Source: Camelus ferus
Taxonomy: Eukaryota
DNA: 64,000 bases
Assembly: GCF_009834535.1 (NCBI RefSeq)
Contig: NC_045697.1
Location: 54,934,001 to 54,998,000, forward strand
Direction of reading: 5' to 3'
How positions within the stretch are numbered: position 1 is the first letter of the stretch; the number at the start of each line of letters is the position of its first letter. Shown in pieces: positions 62,740 to 64,000 of the stretch. The notes below the pieces were generated by a model. The model worked only from the letters and a program-made list of their open reading frames with translations. It was not told the DNA's origin and searched no databases. Made by a program: the position numbers and the translations under genes.

Positions 62740-63092
62740 TATGTTAGTCCATTCAAGCTGCTGTAATAAAATAGCATAGGCTTATAAATAACAGAAATTT
62801 TATTTCTCACAGTTCTGGAGGCAGGGAAGTCCAAGATCAAGGACCAGCAGATTAGATGTCTGGTAAGAACCTGCTTCCTGATTCATGGACTTCTGTCTTC
62901 TTGCTGTGTCCTCAAATAGAAGAGAGAGGGAGAGAGTGAGAGTGAGAGCACATGGGAGCACTCATCTTATAAGGACACTAATTATATTTTGGGGACCCCA
63001 CCCTCATGGCCTCATCTAAACCTAATTATTTCCTAAAGGCCCCACCCCAAATACCATCACATTTGGGGAACACAAGCATTTAATCTGTAGTG
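62740..63092 (-). mobile_element. MLT1A0-type MaLR 3' LTR
   Basis: 'ttagtccattcaagctgctgtaataaaata..tttatttctcacagttctggaggcagggaagtccaagatcaagg..ttataaggacactaat..aaaggccccaccccaaataccatcac'. Confidence 0.92.
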
Positions 63093-64000
63093 TTCTGCTC
63101 CTGACCCCCCAAATTCATTTCTTCTCAGATGTAAAATATGCTAATCCCATCCCAGCAGCCACCAAGTCTAAACTGGTTCCAGCATCAACTCTATAAAGCC
63201 TGAAGCCCAAAGTCTCATCTAAATATCACCTAAATCAGATGTAGGTGAGACTAGAGCTAGGATTCATCCTGAAGCAAAGCTTCTCCCCACCTGTGAACCT
63301 GTGAAAAAAGCCAAGTCATGTGCTTTCAAAATCAATGATTGGATAGGCGTAGGGCAGATGTCCTCATTCCAAAAAGGAGAAATAAGAAGGAAGAAAGAGG
63401 TGATGGGTCCCAGGCAAGTTTAAAACCTAGCAAGGCAAATACCATTAGACAGTAAACTTTGAGAATAACCCTCTTTGGTTTGATGCTCTGCTATCCAGAC
63501 CCCTTGCACAGTAGCCCCACCTATTGAACCCACTGGGATGGTGGCCTCAACCCTGTGGCTCAGTGGGGCACCCCGTCTCCTTAGGCCTGGGGTAGCCCTG
63601 CCTGTGTGGATCTTTGCAAGGATCCTGCCTAGATGGCTGTGCCGGGCAGCAGGTCTATGCTTTGAAACCAAAGTGGAGGCAACCTTGTCCCCTGGGTCTA
63701 TGATGGGAATAGCCCTGATGATCTCTGAATCACCTTTGGAGTCCTTGTTTTCTTGAAGAATAACACATGTTTTCAGCCTTCCTTCATTCTATCCTATTTT
63801 CTCTGTTACCTTTAATCCCAGCAGGCAGTGTTTCTGTTGATACAATCTTATCCCAATTCCTGACTTCTGTTGAGGTGGCTGTTTAAATCCATGGTTCACA
63901 CCCACAACTAATCTCTCTATGGAATAATCAGCCAACCACACCTTTGGTGTTCTCTTCTGAACACATTTTCTCATTCTGATTCCTTTTGTTTAACAATTCC
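63093..64000 (-). mobile_element. MLT1A-type MaLR internal sequence
   Basis: Contiguous with the LTR through the PPT complement 'ttctgctcct'; 'ccaaagtctcatctaaatatcacctaaatcagatgtaggtgagact..attcatcctgaagcaa' and 'cattccaaaaaggagaaat' match MaLR internal sequence. Confidence 0.85.

Noticed and set aside
63420..63974. GC-richer ORFs at the window end
   Set aside because: They lie inside MaLR internal sequence and are short and discontinuous.

Overview
AT-rich, CpG-poor placental-mammal genomic DNA (intronic or intergenic), not prokaryotic. A large part of the window is decayed interspersed repeats: ancient eutherian L2, MIR, MLT1 (MaLR), ERVL (LTR16- and LTR33-type with internal pol/dUTPase remnants), ERV1-type solo LTRs (MER34/MER67/MER89-90-110-like), hAT MITEs (MER33, MER103C-like), HAL1/L1M, and a few younger L1 pieces with cetartiodactyl-style sequence. 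No Alu, B1/B2, BovB/Bov-tA, PRE1 or Can-SINE was seen, so a camelid-like cetartiodactyl is my best guess. No intact protein-coding gene, rRNA, tRNA or CRISPR is supported; every ORF in the track that I recognise is an L1 ORF2 or ERVL fossil. The best non-repeat signal is a non-coding exon candidate at 39617-39783 with strong splice sites, ending ATG|GTAAGT, plus weaker + strand candidates. Also notable are two internal, tail-less L1 ORF2 fragments that resemble endonuclease-independent insertions, several nested insertions with visible TSDs, and a near-perfect 70-bp tandem duplication. I found no convincing novel biological system. Subfamily names come from memory of consensus sequences, and most repeat boundaries are approximate (about +/-10-50 bp).
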